The notes under the pieces: generated by a model
Told to the model about the DNA's origin: nothing
What the model saw: the letters and a program-made list of their open reading frames with translations, nothing else
Database searches by the model: none
DNA from: Verrucomicrobiota bacterium
Lineage (GTDB): Bacteria; Verrucomicrobiota; Verrucomicrobiia; Opitutales; Seribacteraceae
Direction of reading: 5' to 3'
Length of the DNA stretch: 64,000 nucleotides
Assembly (NCBI GenBank): GCA_036127675.1
Contig: JAYYRA010000040.1
Coordinates: 15,309-79,308, forward strand
Program-made: the position numbers and the translations under genes
Shown here: piece by piece, positions 16,646 to 26,588 of the stretch
How the letters are laid out: each line of letters starts with the position of its first letter
Numbering within the stretch: position 1 is the stretch's first letter

Positions 16646-18832
16646 TTAAAATACCATCGAACAGGACAGGATAAAGTTTCTACCCGCACCATTCAGTCCA
16701 GAACCATGAACCCGATAATCAACATCGCCAATATTCTCGACGGCGAGGGAGACTGAACTGTTTTCTGAAATATCGTATTTACCGTAAAAATTAGTAAGAA
16801 AGTAACCAGGAGTGCCATTGGCAGGTATCCGTGTAATATCTGTCTCATCTTTCAAGGAAAGATCATCCGCTTTGCCAACCGCAAGGAAAGAAAATTCCGA
16901 GGACCACCTAGAACTCGCGGGATTGAATTTTGTGGCAAACTTACCTTGGGTCGGCATGAGTCGAGTGGTTGCCCGTTTCACTAAGGAATAATTTCGTCCA
17001 TTTACAAGGATCGTACCTGAGGCATTGTTGTCTAGCATCTGCTCGACCTCTCCCTTTATCCAAGAAAAAGAAAGTTCTGATTTCCAAGATGGAGACCATT
17101 GATAACCCAGTTCAATCTCTACACCCTGAATAAAACCATCGCCGTTTGATTTTAGTACATCAGATTTACCGGATTCAACTGGTGAACGAATGATCATATC
17201 CCTAATCCAACTGTAGTAGTATGCCATCTGCCAATCCAATGCCCCAGACTTCCCTCGCATGCCTAATTCCATTTGAAGAAATCGTTCAGATTCAAGCGTG
17301 GTGTTGGGTTTTTCTACTGCACTTGTCTCATCCGTTGAAGTAAGATCATAGAGGGTAGGGGGTCTAAATCCTTGCGAAAATCCACCAAAGAAAAAGAGTT
17401 CGTCGTGAAACCGTTTAGTTGCCCGTAAACTGCAAATAATTTCTTGATACTTTTTTTCTTTCGGATCAAACAGGGTAGAAGCATCGTTGTTCTTTTCATA
17501 AAATCTTCTTAGATCGGCTTTGGTTGCAGAATGGCGTATGCCAGGCTGTAAAGACCATCCGGAGTTGAATTCGTGAGTGTAATGCAAGTATGTTGCAAAA
17601 CGATCATAACGTGCGTCAGCCGCTAGTGGCCCCTGAAGCAGATCGGTTGTGAGGTTTGCACTTGCATCAAATAGGTATCCCCCGGAAGAAAGGTTTTCAT
17701 GATGTAATTCTGTTCCATAAGCCAGAATACCTCCGAAAAAGTGTTCTTTTTCAAATCGTGCTACGAGTCCAATATCATTGAGATCAAAAGTTTGTAGATC
17801 TCCTCCAATCGGAACACCCGCACTGCCTTTCATGCGATTTCTTTCTTGATAGTGAGAATGAAGACTAAGGATCAATTGCCCTGAATTAGCGAATCCTTCA
17901 ATATCCTCCCAGTCGATCCTGCCATAATAAAGATTCCTCTTTTGATCAAGTCGACGCCATATTTCACTTCCTTTCGACAAACCCTCCCAGTCCAATCCAT
18001 CAGTTGTTTTATGAGTTCTAGGAACATCATCCATAAAAGTTTCTTGAAGTCCGATGACTAGGTTTGAATCATCCGAAAGCTTTCTGGACAGTCGTAAACG
18101 AGTGCCTCTTCCGTCATAGCCGGTATTGTTCTGTTGGCCGATATTTTTTCCTCCTTCTAGGTCACCAAAAGAACGTTCTATATGTGAAATTTCGGCAAAC
18201 CATTTTGGAGAGGAGAATACGGTTGAAAATCCTGTACTCCAAGAGTGCTCTGCGGATGAAATCCGACCTAAAATATCAACCATCTGTATTTTTTTTGAAT
18301 CAGAAAAATAAGGATCTGATGACAGCGAATTTACGATTCCACCGACTGCATCGGCTCCATATAAAACACCATTTGCTCCTCTTAATACTTCTGTACGATC
18401 TGAGCCAAAAAACTCGACTGTACTCCAGTATTGGTTTGGACCAGACCGCATTGCCGAATGATTTAAGCGAATGCCATCGACAAGTAATAAGTTATGATAT
18501 CCGGTTAGCCCACGAATGTATGGCGAGGATTGACCGAGTGCTGTTTTTTGAATCAAGATTGATGGAATACCAGATAATGCTTCGGGTAAGGATCGTGCAG
18601 TTCCTTCGTTTGATTTCGTTTCCAAAGAAGTAATTGACCAAGCGGTTGAATTATAAGGTTCGGAGAATCCGCCCTTTGCGGTAACGACGAGTGGAGTAAG
18701 CTCGTTATTTGCCGGGCTTGTTTCACCAGAGAAAGCAACCATCGGGTAATAACTGATCATCAGTGCAAAAGCCAAAGAAGCGAAATAGCAAAAAAAACTC
18801 ATTGAGAACTTCTTTATAAAAACATGTGACAA
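16646..18832 (-). CDS. TonB-dependent outer-membrane receptor
   Basis: TonB-box-like PLVVTA, SPYIRG, LVDGIRLN, EVLRG...YGADAVGGIVN plug; ENIGD and C-terminal Phe. Confidence 0.93.
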   Translation of the reverse strand: MSHVFIKKFSMSFFCYFASLAFALMISYYPMVAFSGETSPANNELTPLVVTAKGGFSEPYNSTAWSITSLETKSNEGTARSLPEALSGIPSILIQKTALGQSSPYIRGLTGYHNLLLVDGIRLNHSAMRSGPNQYWSTVEFFGSDRTEVLRGANGVLYGADAVGGIVNSLSSDPYFSDSKKIQMVDILGRISSAEHSWSTGFSTVFSSPKWFAEISHIERSFGDLEGGKNIGQQNNTGYDGRGTRLRLSRKLSDDSNLVIGLQETFMDDVPRTHKTTDGLDWEGLSKGSEIWRRLDQKRNLYYGRIDWEDIEGFANSGQLILSLHSHYQERNRMKGSAGVPIGGDLQTFDLNDIGLVARFEKEHFFGGILAYGTELHHENLSSGGYLFDASANLTTDLLQGPLAADARYDRFATYLHYTHEFNSGWSLQPGIRHSATKADLRRFYEKNNDASTLFDPKEKKYQEIICSLRATKRFHDELFFFGGFSQGFRPPTLYDLTSTDETSAVEKPNTTLESERFLQMELGMRGKSGALDWQMAYYYSWIRDMIIRSPVESGKSDVLKSNGDGFIQGVEIELGYQWSPSWKSELSFSWIKGEVEQMLDNNASGTILVNGRNYSLVKRATTRLMPTQGKFATKFNPASSRWSSEFSFLAVGKADDLSLKDETDITRIPANGTPGYFLTNFYGKYDISENSSVSLAVENIGDVDYRVHGSGLNGAGRNFILSCSMVF

Positions 18833-18867
18833 TTTTCTTTCAATATAGGATTCATCAATCTCTCTAT

Positions 18868-20088
18868 TTAAGAATTGTTTGCTTTTAATCTTTTATCGGC
18901 TGAAAGTTTGAAGAAGATTATGCAACTTAAAAGAATAAGTGTGGCTGATGTCCAAGAAACCTGATTTGGGCCGAGATTCGTTAGAATCCAGTAACCGAGA
19001 AACGGAGCTGGAACTCCCCTCAAACCAGTAAAGAATGAATGTACGCTCATATAACTTGATTCCGTGCCTTTGGGTGCGACTTTTGTAACCCAAAGTGCCC
19101 AAGCCATTGTGCCGCCACCGGTAGCCGTTCCAATTAAGGCGGAAGCGATGCTTAAATGGAGTAAGTCTTTGGTTTGAAAATATAGAAAGAGACCGAAAAG
19201 AAAAAATAGATTTATGGAAATTCTTACGAAAGCTAAGTTGAATTTATCAAAAGCCCAGCCCCAAAAGGGTGTGCTACCAACCCTGCAAACAAGGGGGATT
19301 ATCATGGTAATACAAAGCACGCCAATGTTACTTAGATCAATGCCGTGGACAGGGTTTGCAAGATACTCGACACGCAATGGAATTGTCACCAAATTACCAA
19401 TCCCCATGAGCATCCATCCAGTTAGCATCCAGAAGAAAAGACGATCTTTCATCGCGTAGACAAGATCTTTGGATAAGCCTCCGGAATCAGCTTTTAGAGG
19501 CTTGGAGGGAATTTTCAGATGAAAATAGGATGTAATTAGGCAAATCAGGGCGGTGACTACGGCGATGATTCTAAAGTAGCCAAGTTCTCTATCGAGAAGT
19601 AAACCTGTAAGAAGTGCTGTTAGACTTCCAACCACCGCTGAGATCATTAAGTTACCTGATATTTTCTGACCTCTTTCATCCGAGCGATAATTTTCCGAAT
19701 AAATATGGACCATTAAAGATGGTACTTGAACCGCAAGGATACAGGCCACTAACACCCAGCCCACATAAAAAGAGACTGTAGAGGCGGTAGCGGAGATTAA
19801 AATACAAAAAGCAGCCAAAAGCATAAGGGTGGAGCAGATACGACTTACCGGTAATTTACTTTTTCCAATAAAAAGAAGAAAAATCGGGGTGATTAAAAAA
19901 CCAGTGTAACCACCTCCAGCCAATAATGATTTTGCTGTGTCGGATGCTCCGAAATATCGAATAGCCACAAGTAGGCATGTGGAGGCAAAACTTGCCTCCA
20001 CGATGCCATTGAAAGTATTTCGCCAGAAATCGAATTTTTGAGTATTTAAGGCGACCTTACTAGATTGGATTTTAGTTTCGCCGTTCAT
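18868..20088 (-). CDS. MFS transporter
   Basis: About 12 hydrophobic helices; WGWAFDK and ERGQ loop motifs. Confidence 0.8.
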   Translation of the reverse strand: MNGETKIQSSKVALNTQKFDFWRNTFNGIVEASFASTCLLVAIRYFGASDTAKSLLAGGGYTGFLITPIFLLFIGKSKLPVSRICSTLMLLAAFCILISATASTVSFYVGWVLVACILAVQVPSLMVHIYSENYRSDERGQKISGNLMISAVVGSLTALLTGLLLDRELGYFRIIAVVTALICLITSYFHLKIPSKPLKADSGGLSKDLVYAMKDRLFFWMLTGWMLMGIGNLVTIPLRVEYLANPVHGIDLSNIGVLCITMIIPLVCRVGSTPFWGWAFDKFNLAFVRISINLFFLFGLFLYFQTKDLLHLSIASALIGTATGGGTMAWALWVTKVAPKGTESSYMSVHSFFTGLRGVPAPFLGYWILTNLGPNQVSWTSATLILLSCIIFFKLSADKRLKANNS

Positions 20089-20179
20089 TTTTACTCTTTT
20101 CGATCTCTTAAACTTTTAAAACATATTTTGGTAAATTTAGTCTCAACAACCTGGGAGAATTGACTCTAAAACTTTAAAA

Positions 20180-21184
20180 TTACCATGCGTACTGCCAACC
20201 GAGCGTCCAAACAGAATCGAGCTCCAATTGAACTCCGTTAACCTTTTGGTCGACAGGTGTTTCCCATTCAGCCGCCAAACGATGTCCGCTGAGATCGCCA
20301 TTCTTAAAATAGTAATTCAAGCCAAGACCAACTGTTGTAAGATCGCGCCCTTGGGAGGTAGCTTGTTTCGCGGGCGTCATATTAATCATGGTCAATCCTC
20401 TGTGAAGACCATCAACCTGATTCTCAGAAGAGTAATCTAATTTTACTGAGGCACTCAATGAATCAGTAATTTTGCGTGCACCCCACAGGGTTGTGACAAA
20501 CTTATTTCCCAGAGAGTAATTCTGATCGTTCTCATCGATTCGGAGAGTCGCTCCCAATTGTGCACCATAAGAATAATTTTCGCTTTGTCCCAAGTAGGTA
20601 ATTGCAGGATGAAAATCAAAGGTTCCTGAACCAAGCTGCATGCCATATCCCAAAGTGGTTCCATCGGTGTGTTTCTCATCAATCGAGCCAACGGGTAAGG
20701 ATAAGCTTAATGTAAGATGCATTCTTCTGCCATGTTCCCACTGGGCAAGATCGTAGAGTCCGCCCAATTTTAAATCGCCTAGACCGCTTGATTCCATTTT
20801 ATTTCCATTTTGCATGGACATTTCATTATCCAAATAATTAAGCATTCCAAGTAGTGTCCATTTATTGGAAATGGCATACATTGTACCTAACATGTGCATG
20901 TCCATAATCATGTCTTTTGGGAGCATATTCCCCATCATGCTCGCTGGGTAAAGGGCTGCCCCTTCAGCTTTTGTAATGCTAGAAGATTCTTTCATTAGCC
21001 CCTCCATTTCCATTGTCATGTAACGGTAAGAGAGCATCCATTCACCCATTTTGTGCATATGATCCCCCATCACCGAAATAGGTGCATGACCATCAGGTCG
21101 GGCAGCAGTCCATGGCTCCTCATGGGCAGATAAAAAAGAAAATACTGTAGTGGATATAAGTGTAATTGTTTTATAAAGTTTCAT
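20180..21184 (-). CDS. Met/His-rich outer-membrane barrel (Phenol_MetA_deg-like 'transporter'), candidate metal/copper uptake protein
   Basis: Signal peptide from ATG 21184; RPDGHAPISVMGDHMH, MIMDMHM, SGLGD, MQLGSGT; C-terminal WQYAW. Confidence 0.8.
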   Translation of the reverse strand: MKLYKTITLISTTVFSFLSAHEEPWTAARPDGHAPISVMGDHMHKMGEWMLSYRYMTMEMEGLMKESSSITKAEGAALYPASMMGNMLPKDMIMDMHMLGTMYAISNKWTLLGMLNYLDNEMSMQNGNKMESSGLGDLKLGGLYDLAQWEHGRRMHLTLSLSLPVGSIDEKHTDGTTLGYGMQLGSGTFDFHPAITYLGQSENYSYGAQLGATLRIDENDQNYSLGNKFVTTLWGARKITDSLSASVKLDYSSENQVDGLHRGLTMINMTPAKQATSQGRDLTTVGLGLNYYFKNGDLSGHRLAAEWETPVDQKVNGVQLELDSVWTLGWQYAW

Positions 21185-21201
21185 AATAAATAAGGAATTT
21201 G

Positions 21202-21254
21202 CTCGAAGAAAAATTCTTCGAGAATAGGCAGAAAGACCCAATCTAACTGATTGG
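21202..21254 (-). promoter_or_regulatory. Two stem-loops in the spacer between the CxxC ORF and the barrel gene
   Basis: CTCGAAGAA-aaa-TTCTTCGAG (21202-21222) and CCAATC-taact-GATTGG (21238-21254), both perfect inverted repeats. Confidence 0.55.
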
Positions 21255-21273
21255 AAGATTATAAATTTCGCTC

Positions 21274-21666
21274 TTAAACCTTAGGCGGAGGCTTCTCCAC
21301 GGATAAAAAACTATTCGTGTATGATTCTTTCAGAATAAAGAGACTTCCGAGTTGATGTGGTCGGGCAATCTGAAATTTTGAAGCTACTGGAACGGAGAGT
21401 TGATTTTCAATGGAAAGGCTGGAGGATTTGAGAGATTCTTTCGTCTTAGCCCCTAAATCCGATACCAACTGACATCCCGAACATCGGTGATCTCCGTCAA
21501 AAGTCCATTCAGCAGAAAGAAATACGGAGCGAGTTTCCTCGTAAAATTGTTCGAACATATTGGCCCAAACCCCAATTTGTAACACACCTAATGGCAAACT
21601 GGTTGAAGCAATCATGGCAATGGATGCAATAACGAGCTGAAATTTCTTAAAAAGATGATTTAACAT
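21274..21666 (-). CDS. Small membrane-targeted protein with HxCxxC motif and C-terminal polyproline (DUF2946/CruR/CutF-like architecture)
   Basis: N-terminal hydrophobic segment, LQIGVWANM, TFDGDHRCSGC, ends VEKPPPKV; ATG 21666 lies just after the hupE stop. Confidence 0.65.
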   Translation of the reverse strand: MLNHLFKKFQLVIASIAMIASTSLPLGVLQIGVWANMFEQFYEETRSVFLSAEWTFDGDHRCSGCQLVSDLGAKTKESLKSSSLSIENQLSVPVASKFQIARPHQLGSLFILKESYTNSFLSVEKPPPKV

Positions 21667-21676
21667 TATTAGATCA

Positions 21677-22861
21677 CTAAAAGAAAACTCGTTCAACCGT
21701 CCAATAAATCCCCATTATTGCGATGAATGAAGATCCCGGAATTACCGCAAATTTTCGGTAGGAATCTTCCTCCTTAAGCCAAAAAGTTGCAGTAAAAACC
21801 AATGAAATCACAGCCAACTGCCCGAGTTCAACGCCAACATTGAATCCAAGCAGTCCAATCATTAGGGAGGCTGGGTCTAATTGAAATGCGGAAAGTGCAC
21901 CCGCAAAGCCAAGACCGTGTATCAATCCAAAGAAAAATACTACAAGTAGCCGAAGGTGACGGTATCCTGGAAAAAGGATATTTTCGATCGCAACGATCGC
22001 AATACTCGCAGCAATCACAGGCTCGACCACATTAGAGGGAGCACTAACAAGATCAAGGGTTGCAAGACCGAGCGTAATAGTATGAGCGAGGGTAAAAACC
22101 GAAACCTGATAAATGATAGGTTTCCACTTTCTGGACAGGAAAAAGAGTCCAATCACGAAAAGAATATGATCCAATCCCAATGGCAGCACATGAACAAAAC
22201 CTTGTCTGGTAAAGGAAAAGAAAGTACTTCTCGCATCTGATCTTCTTTTTTCCATATCTTCTTTGGTTTCTTGCGGCAGATTAGATTGGTTCAGTTCAGG
22301 GACTTTCTTTTGGAGCGGCTGACCATCGATAAAAGAAAGATCGAGTTGAAAACTTTCCTCGTTTGGAAAAAGAACATTTACTCTGCGTTGTGGTTTACCT
22401 TGGATGAGGTTGGTAAAGACAATGTCATATGCAGCGTCTTCCAGTGAACGAATCTGATAGAAACTAGAATTCGAATCCAGATAGCTTTCATAAGTTCCCT
22501 GAACAACCAAAATATTTTCTTCAGCTAAATCTCCCGCGTCTTTTTCTAAAAAGGTGAAAGAAAAATTAGGCAGGAACCAATCTTGCATGCCAAATCTTAC
22601 TTCCATTGCTTCGGACACCATTGCCTTTGCCTTTTGTATAAGTTGGTCTTTTTCATTGTTCGTCAAAGAATCAAAGTTACTTTTTAACAAAAAAGGGACT
22701 TCCTCGGGATCATCAGCAAAGCATCTTGGATCGATTTCTACCGTAATGACAGAATTGCCGTCGGTTTCGAAACTACCGATAACGGGAATATCAGGAATGG
22801 GGTGACCATTTACAGATAACCAAATCAAAAATGGGAGTAAAATGGACTGGTATTTTTTCAA
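21677..22861 (-). CDS. HupE/UreJ family membrane protein with N-terminal periplasmic domain
   Basis: GFVHVLPLGLDHILF, FTLAHTITL, EPVIAASI, FGLIHGLGFA, FNVGVELGQ. Confidence 0.9.
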   Translation of the reverse strand: MKKYQSILLPFLIWLSVNGHPIPDIPVIGSFETDGNSVITVEIDPRCFADDPEEVPFLLKSNFDSLTNNEKDQLIQKAKAMVSEAMEVRFGMQDWFLPNFSFTFLEKDAGDLAEENILVVQGTYESYLDSNSSFYQIRSLEDAAYDIVFTNLIQGKPQRRVNVLFPNEESFQLDLSFIDGQPLQKKVPELNQSNLPQETKEDMEKRRSDARSTFFSFTRQGFVHVLPLGLDHILFVIGLFFLSRKWKPIIYQVSVFTLAHTITLGLATLDLVSAPSNVVEPVIAASIAIVAIENILFPGYRHLRLLVVFFFGLIHGLGFAGALSAFQLDPASLMIGLLGFNVGVELGQLAVISLVFTATFWLKEEDSYRKFAVIPGSSFIAIMGIYWTVERVFF

Positions 22862-22987
22862 TTTTGAGTTGTCGGAACAAAACGAACCGATAAATAAATA
22901 TTTAATTCTAAGAGAGTTTAAACTTGTGAAAGCTGAATTTGACTATTGATTGTATGATCTGATTACAAACCCTAATATTAGAAAACC

Positions 22988-23287
22988 ATGAAAATTATCT
23001 TAACATCTATCGTTTCACTTCTTTTTGCAGCATCTGTTTTTGCTGGATGTCCATCCAAGGCCATCAACGGTAAAGTTGTCGGCTTTGATAGCGAGTCTAA
23101 GATTCTTACCGTTGCAATGGGTAAGAAAGAAAAGAAGGTAACCGTTGGAAGCAAAACCAAAATGGTTGGATTCGATTGCACTAGCAAACTGACCAAAGAC
23201 ACTCGAGTTTCCATCGAAGGATGCAATTGCAGTAACAAGACTGCTTCTAAAGTTTCCATCAAAAAAGGAAAGAAGGACGCAAGTTAA
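22988..23287 (+). CDS. Small exported Lys-rich, Cys-containing beta protein
   Basis: Signal peptide ending FAGC; GKVVGFD...LTV...V...TK pattern like small OB-fold proteins; 4 Cys; followed by a terminator. Confidence 0.65.
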   Translation: MKIILTSIVSLLFAASVFAGCPSKAINGKVVGFDSESKILTVAMGKKEKKVTVGSKTKMVGFDCTSKLTKDTRVSIEGCNCSNKTASKVSIKKGKKDAS

Positions 23288-23306
23288 TTATACTATAAGT
23301 ATTCTT

Positions 23307-24269
23307 TTAATGGCCCTCCATGTGAGGGCTTTTTTTTGTCCAATTTAACCTTATTTTCCAAAAAATTCCACCATTTGGACCAAATAAGCAAGCAGGTACA
23401 AACAAAGCAGTCGCAACTACAGCAATTGAGGCAGCAATTGAACAATCGAGCCAATGAGCCAGATGAAAACCACCGATTGAATAGAGAACACCTAGTGGGA
23501 TAGTTCCAACCAGAATGTATGGGAGTCTTCGCATAAAAAAAGATGCGGTTACGGAAGGAAAGACAAACATTGCAACCACCAAAATAACTCCAACAGCTTC
23601 CAAGCTAGCTACTGTCGAAAGAGCAAGGCAGATCATGAGTGCCATGTGTATTGCCCTTGCCGGTATGCCAAGAGAGTTGGCTAGAGTGCTATCGAAACTC
23701 GTAACAAGGAGTTGCTCATAAAAAAGAATCGTTCCGATAGCTACTACGCAGCATACGAACCCCATCATCCACAAAGAGCGGTTTCCAAGCTCAACATCGA
23801 AGAGATACAAACTCTCAGAAAGTGGTACCATACCAATCTCCCCATACAAGATACATTCGGGGTCCATATGAACTTCTCCTTGGATACTGATTAGCGTAAC
23901 TCCAATAGCAAAAAAGGAAGTGAACACCAAACCCATGGCTGCATCTTCTTTGATTTGAGTACGGGTATGGAGCAACTCGATGCAAAAATTACAGGCAAGC
24001 CCAGCAAGGCAAGCACCGAGAAACATACTTCCCAAACCCAAAGAATTTCCAAAAATGAATGAGAGGGCAAGGCCAGGAAGAATTCCATGGCTTATCGCAT
24101 CTCCCATTAATGCCATTCTACGTACCACGATAAAGGAACCGACTATTCCACAAGCCCAGCATACTAAGATTCCCATGACCACGATCTGAGCATTCCAATG
24201 GAGAAGGGAAATCGAACTCCATGGGTCTACAAATACCTGAGTAAAATTAAATTCCGGTAGAAATTTCAT
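23307..24269 (-). CDS. troD: Mn/Zn/Fe ABC transporter permease (TroD/MntD-like)
   Basis: RRMALMGDAISHGILPG, EDAAMGLVF, SFDSTLA, AVGVILV. Confidence 0.88.
   Translation of the reverse strand: MKFLPEFNFTQVFVDPWSSISLLHWNAQIVVMGILVCWACGIVGSFIVVRRMALMGDAISHGILPGLALSFIFGNSLGLGSMFLGACLAGLACNFCIELLHTRTQIKEDAAMGLVFTSFFAIGVTLISIQGEVHMDPECILYGEIGMVPLSESLYLFDVELGNRSLWMMGFVCCVVAIGTILFYEQLLVTSFDSTLANSLGIPARAIHMALMICLALSTVASLEAVGVILVVAMFVFPSVTASFFMRRLPYILVGTIPLGVLYSIGGFHLAHWLDCSIAASIAVVATALFVPACLFGPNGGIFWKIRLNWTKKSPHMEGH
23313..23337 (+). terminator. Intrinsic terminator for 22988..23287, embedded in the 3' end of the convergent permease gene
   Basis: GCCCTC-catgt-GAGGGC followed by T8. Confidence 0.7.
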
Positions 24270-24277
24270 TAACTCAA

Positions 24278-25801
24278 TTATTTTGTTTGAGATATGGAAC
24301 CGTCTTTTTCGATCCAGCCATTCTCCATATCGCTTATGCTTGGAATCAATTTTCCGTGGGGATCTGTTCGAGGGTTTGAGAGAATTCGTTCGAGGTGCCT
24401 GATCGTTTTTTCTCCCAATAGATGCTCGATTTTTTCAGCATCTTCGTGAACATGATCGTCATCATATTCTGCTTCATTTGTAAGGTATAATTCCCACAGT
24501 CTGTGATTCCTAACAATTTTGCAGGCGTATTCCCAGCCTTCCGGAGTCAATGTAATCTCGCTAAGACCAGGCAGTGTTTCAGTAGAACTTAGTTCGCGTT
24601 GAGATGCCAACTCTGAACGGATTAAAAGTTTGATTTCTCGCTCACAATCCTCACGACCGATTCCTCTACGATGCATCAATTCAATGGAAGTTATGGAGCT
24701 TTTTTGAAAGTTTTTTTGTTCTAGAACCTGATAAATAGCTTTGAGGGTGTTTTCCATCTGTATTCGAATCGAACTCCGCCTCGAATGATTCAATTGAAAG
24801 AAGGCACCTTTTTTGGGTCTAAATAGCAGAACAATTAAGAATAGAAGCGAGGAGGACAAGACAATCAAAGGACCTGTTGGGATACCTTTTCCTAAAAATG
24901 AAATGAAAGTGCCGCATACTCCTGAGATAGCACCAAAAATCGCAGACCAAAACAGATACCGTTTCATTTGTATTGCGATTAGAGAGGCGGAAACCGCAGG
25001 AATAATCAGCAGTGCGGAAGCCAGAATTACCCCAACTATTTGCAAAGAGGTAATGATACAGAAAGCGATAAGGACCCATAAGACATAATTTAAAAGTTCG
25101 TCCTTAATTCCAACGGATCTGGCGAAGGAGGAATCGAATCCGGTAATCAATAATTCCTCGAAGAAAATCCAGATAAATATTGCGGTCAACCCTAGGGTAC
25201 ATCCAATCGTCCAAACATCTTCAATGGCCAGAGATGAAGCTTGGCCAAAAAGAAATGAATCAAGTCCGGATTGATTGCCAAATTCCATCTTCTGAATTCT
25301 AGTTAAGAGACAAATGCCAATCGCATAAAAAGCAGAAAGGACAATTCCCAAAGAACTATCTTCTTTTAAGTTGGTGAATTTTTTGAGGAGTCGCAGGCAT
25401 GAGACTCCTAAAAAGCCGGCAAAGGTTGCTCCGATCAAAAGGGATAGATTATCCTTTGTCTGGGACCAAAGAAAGCCAACGGCTATTCCGGGAAGTACCG
25501 CATGAGATAATGTGTCACCAAACATTGAAAGCCTGCGTGTAACCACGAAACTCCCGATCATGCCGCACGAGATTCCCATTAAAATCGAGCCCAAGGTTAC
25601 AATTTGAACGGAGTGGTCTTCCATAGACCAAAATCTAGAGGCTCTTTCAGCGACACTTTCCAAGCGAAGGTTCTCCACTTGTTTGGCTTCTAGCGAAATA
25701 AAGAAAAACAGGGTAAGGGCAAACCATACATAATGAGAGGTAGGAAAATTAAAATTGCACTTGGGTTTCAAATGAAGAATAGAATCATTAAAAAGATTCA
25801 T
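24278..25801 (-). CDS. troC: Mn/Zn/Fe ABC permease fused to a C-terminal DtxR-type repressor domain (YtgCR-like)
   Basis: ABC-3 permease (GDTLSHAVLPG) followed by MENTLKAIY...LTPEG...VRNHRLWELYL...HEDAEKIEH...DPHGKLIP. Confidence 0.9.
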   Translation of the reverse strand: MNLFNDSILHLKPKCNFNFPTSHYVWFALTLFFFISLEAKQVENLRLESVAERASRFWSMEDHSVQIVTLGSILMGISCGMIGSFVVTRRLSMFGDTLSHAVLPGIAVGFLWSQTKDNLSLLIGATFAGFLGVSCLRLLKKFTNLKEDSSLGIVLSAFYAIGICLLTRIQKMEFGNQSGLDSFLFGQASSLAIEDVWTIGCTLGLTAIFIWIFFEELLITGFDSSFARSVGIKDELLNYVLWVLIAFCIITSLQIVGVILASALLIIPAVSASLIAIQMKRYLFWSAIFGAISGVCGTFISFLGKGIPTGPLIVLSSSLLFLIVLLFRPKKGAFFQLNHSRRSSIRIQMENTLKAIYQVLEQKNFQKSSITSIELMHRRGIGREDCEREIKLLIRSELASQRELSSTETLPGLSEITLTPEGWEYACKIVRNHRLWELYLTNEAEYDDDHVHEDAEKIEHLLGEKTIRHLERILSNPRTDPHGKLIPSISDMENGWIEKDGSISQTK

Positions 25802-25802
25802 C

Positions 25803-26588
25803 TTATCGATTTTCTCTTTCGAGCACCGTTTGTTTAGCTGCCCGAGAAGCTATTTCCGAAAAGACGGTAAGTTTTCCGCCATAAGTCTTTTGAAGTAGAT
25901 CTTGAGTAAAGACCTCTTCTGTTGGGCCGTAAGCGATTTTTCTCATATTTAGGAGTAACAAGTGATCAAAGTAGTCCTTGGCTGTAGAGAGATCGTGGTG
26001 AACAACAGCCAAAGTTTTACCGGCTTTCTTCATGTTTTGTAAAATGGAGACAATCTTTCTTTCCGTTACTGCATCCACTCCTGCAAAAGGCTCATCCATT
26101 AGATATATCGAACTTTCCTGAGCAAGTGCTCTAGCCAGAAAAACCCGCTGTTGCTGACCGCCAGAAAGGTTTCCAATTTGACGGTCTACATAAGCAGTCA
26201 TGTCGACTTGATCCAGACACTCCAAAGCAATCCTTCGATCTTCTTTGCCTATTCTCCTGATCCATCCCCTATGCCCATATCTGCCCATCAGAACGACATC
26301 CAAAACGGTTACAGGAAAGTCCCAATCTACGGATTCGCGCTGAGGTACATATCCAATTCTTTTGATTCCTTTTTTTCGATCACCTCCGTAAATTCGCACA
26401 AATCCCCCACTAGGCTGTATCATATCCATCATGGTTTTAATCAAGGTTGATTTACCTGCCCCATTAGGTCCGATGATACCAACGAGAGAACCCTCCTCTA
26501 CTTCGAGGTCTACTCCATATAACACCGGTTTTTGTTGGTAGGAAACGGTAAGATCGTGAATCTCAATTGGTTTGAAAGGAACACTCAT
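25803..26588 (-). CDS. troB: Metal ABC transporter ATP-binding protein (TroB/MntB)
   Basis: GPNGAGKST, YVPQRESVDWDFP, LSGGQQQRVFLARAL, DEPFAGVD, HHDL. Confidence 0.93.
   Translation of the reverse strand: MSVPFKPIEIHDLTVSYQQKPVLYGVDLEVEEGSLVGIIGPNGAGKSTLIKTMMDMIQPSGGFVRIYGGDRKKGIKRIGYVPQRESVDWDFPVTVLDVVLMGRYGHRGWIRRIGKEDRRIALECLDQVDMTAYVDRQIGNLSGGQQQRVFLARALAQESSIYLMDEPFAGVDAVTERKIVSILQNMKKAGKTLAVVHHDLSTAKDYFDHLLLLNMRKIAYGPTEEVFTQDLLQKTYGGKLTVFSEIASRAAKQTVLERENR

Noticed and set aside
18064-18633. 189-aa plus-strand ORF
   Set aside because: Antisense to the TonB-dependent receptor; no motifs; typical shadow ORF.
22978-23262. 94-aa minus-strand ORF
   Set aside because: Antisense to the better-supported exported protein, which has a signal peptide and terminator.
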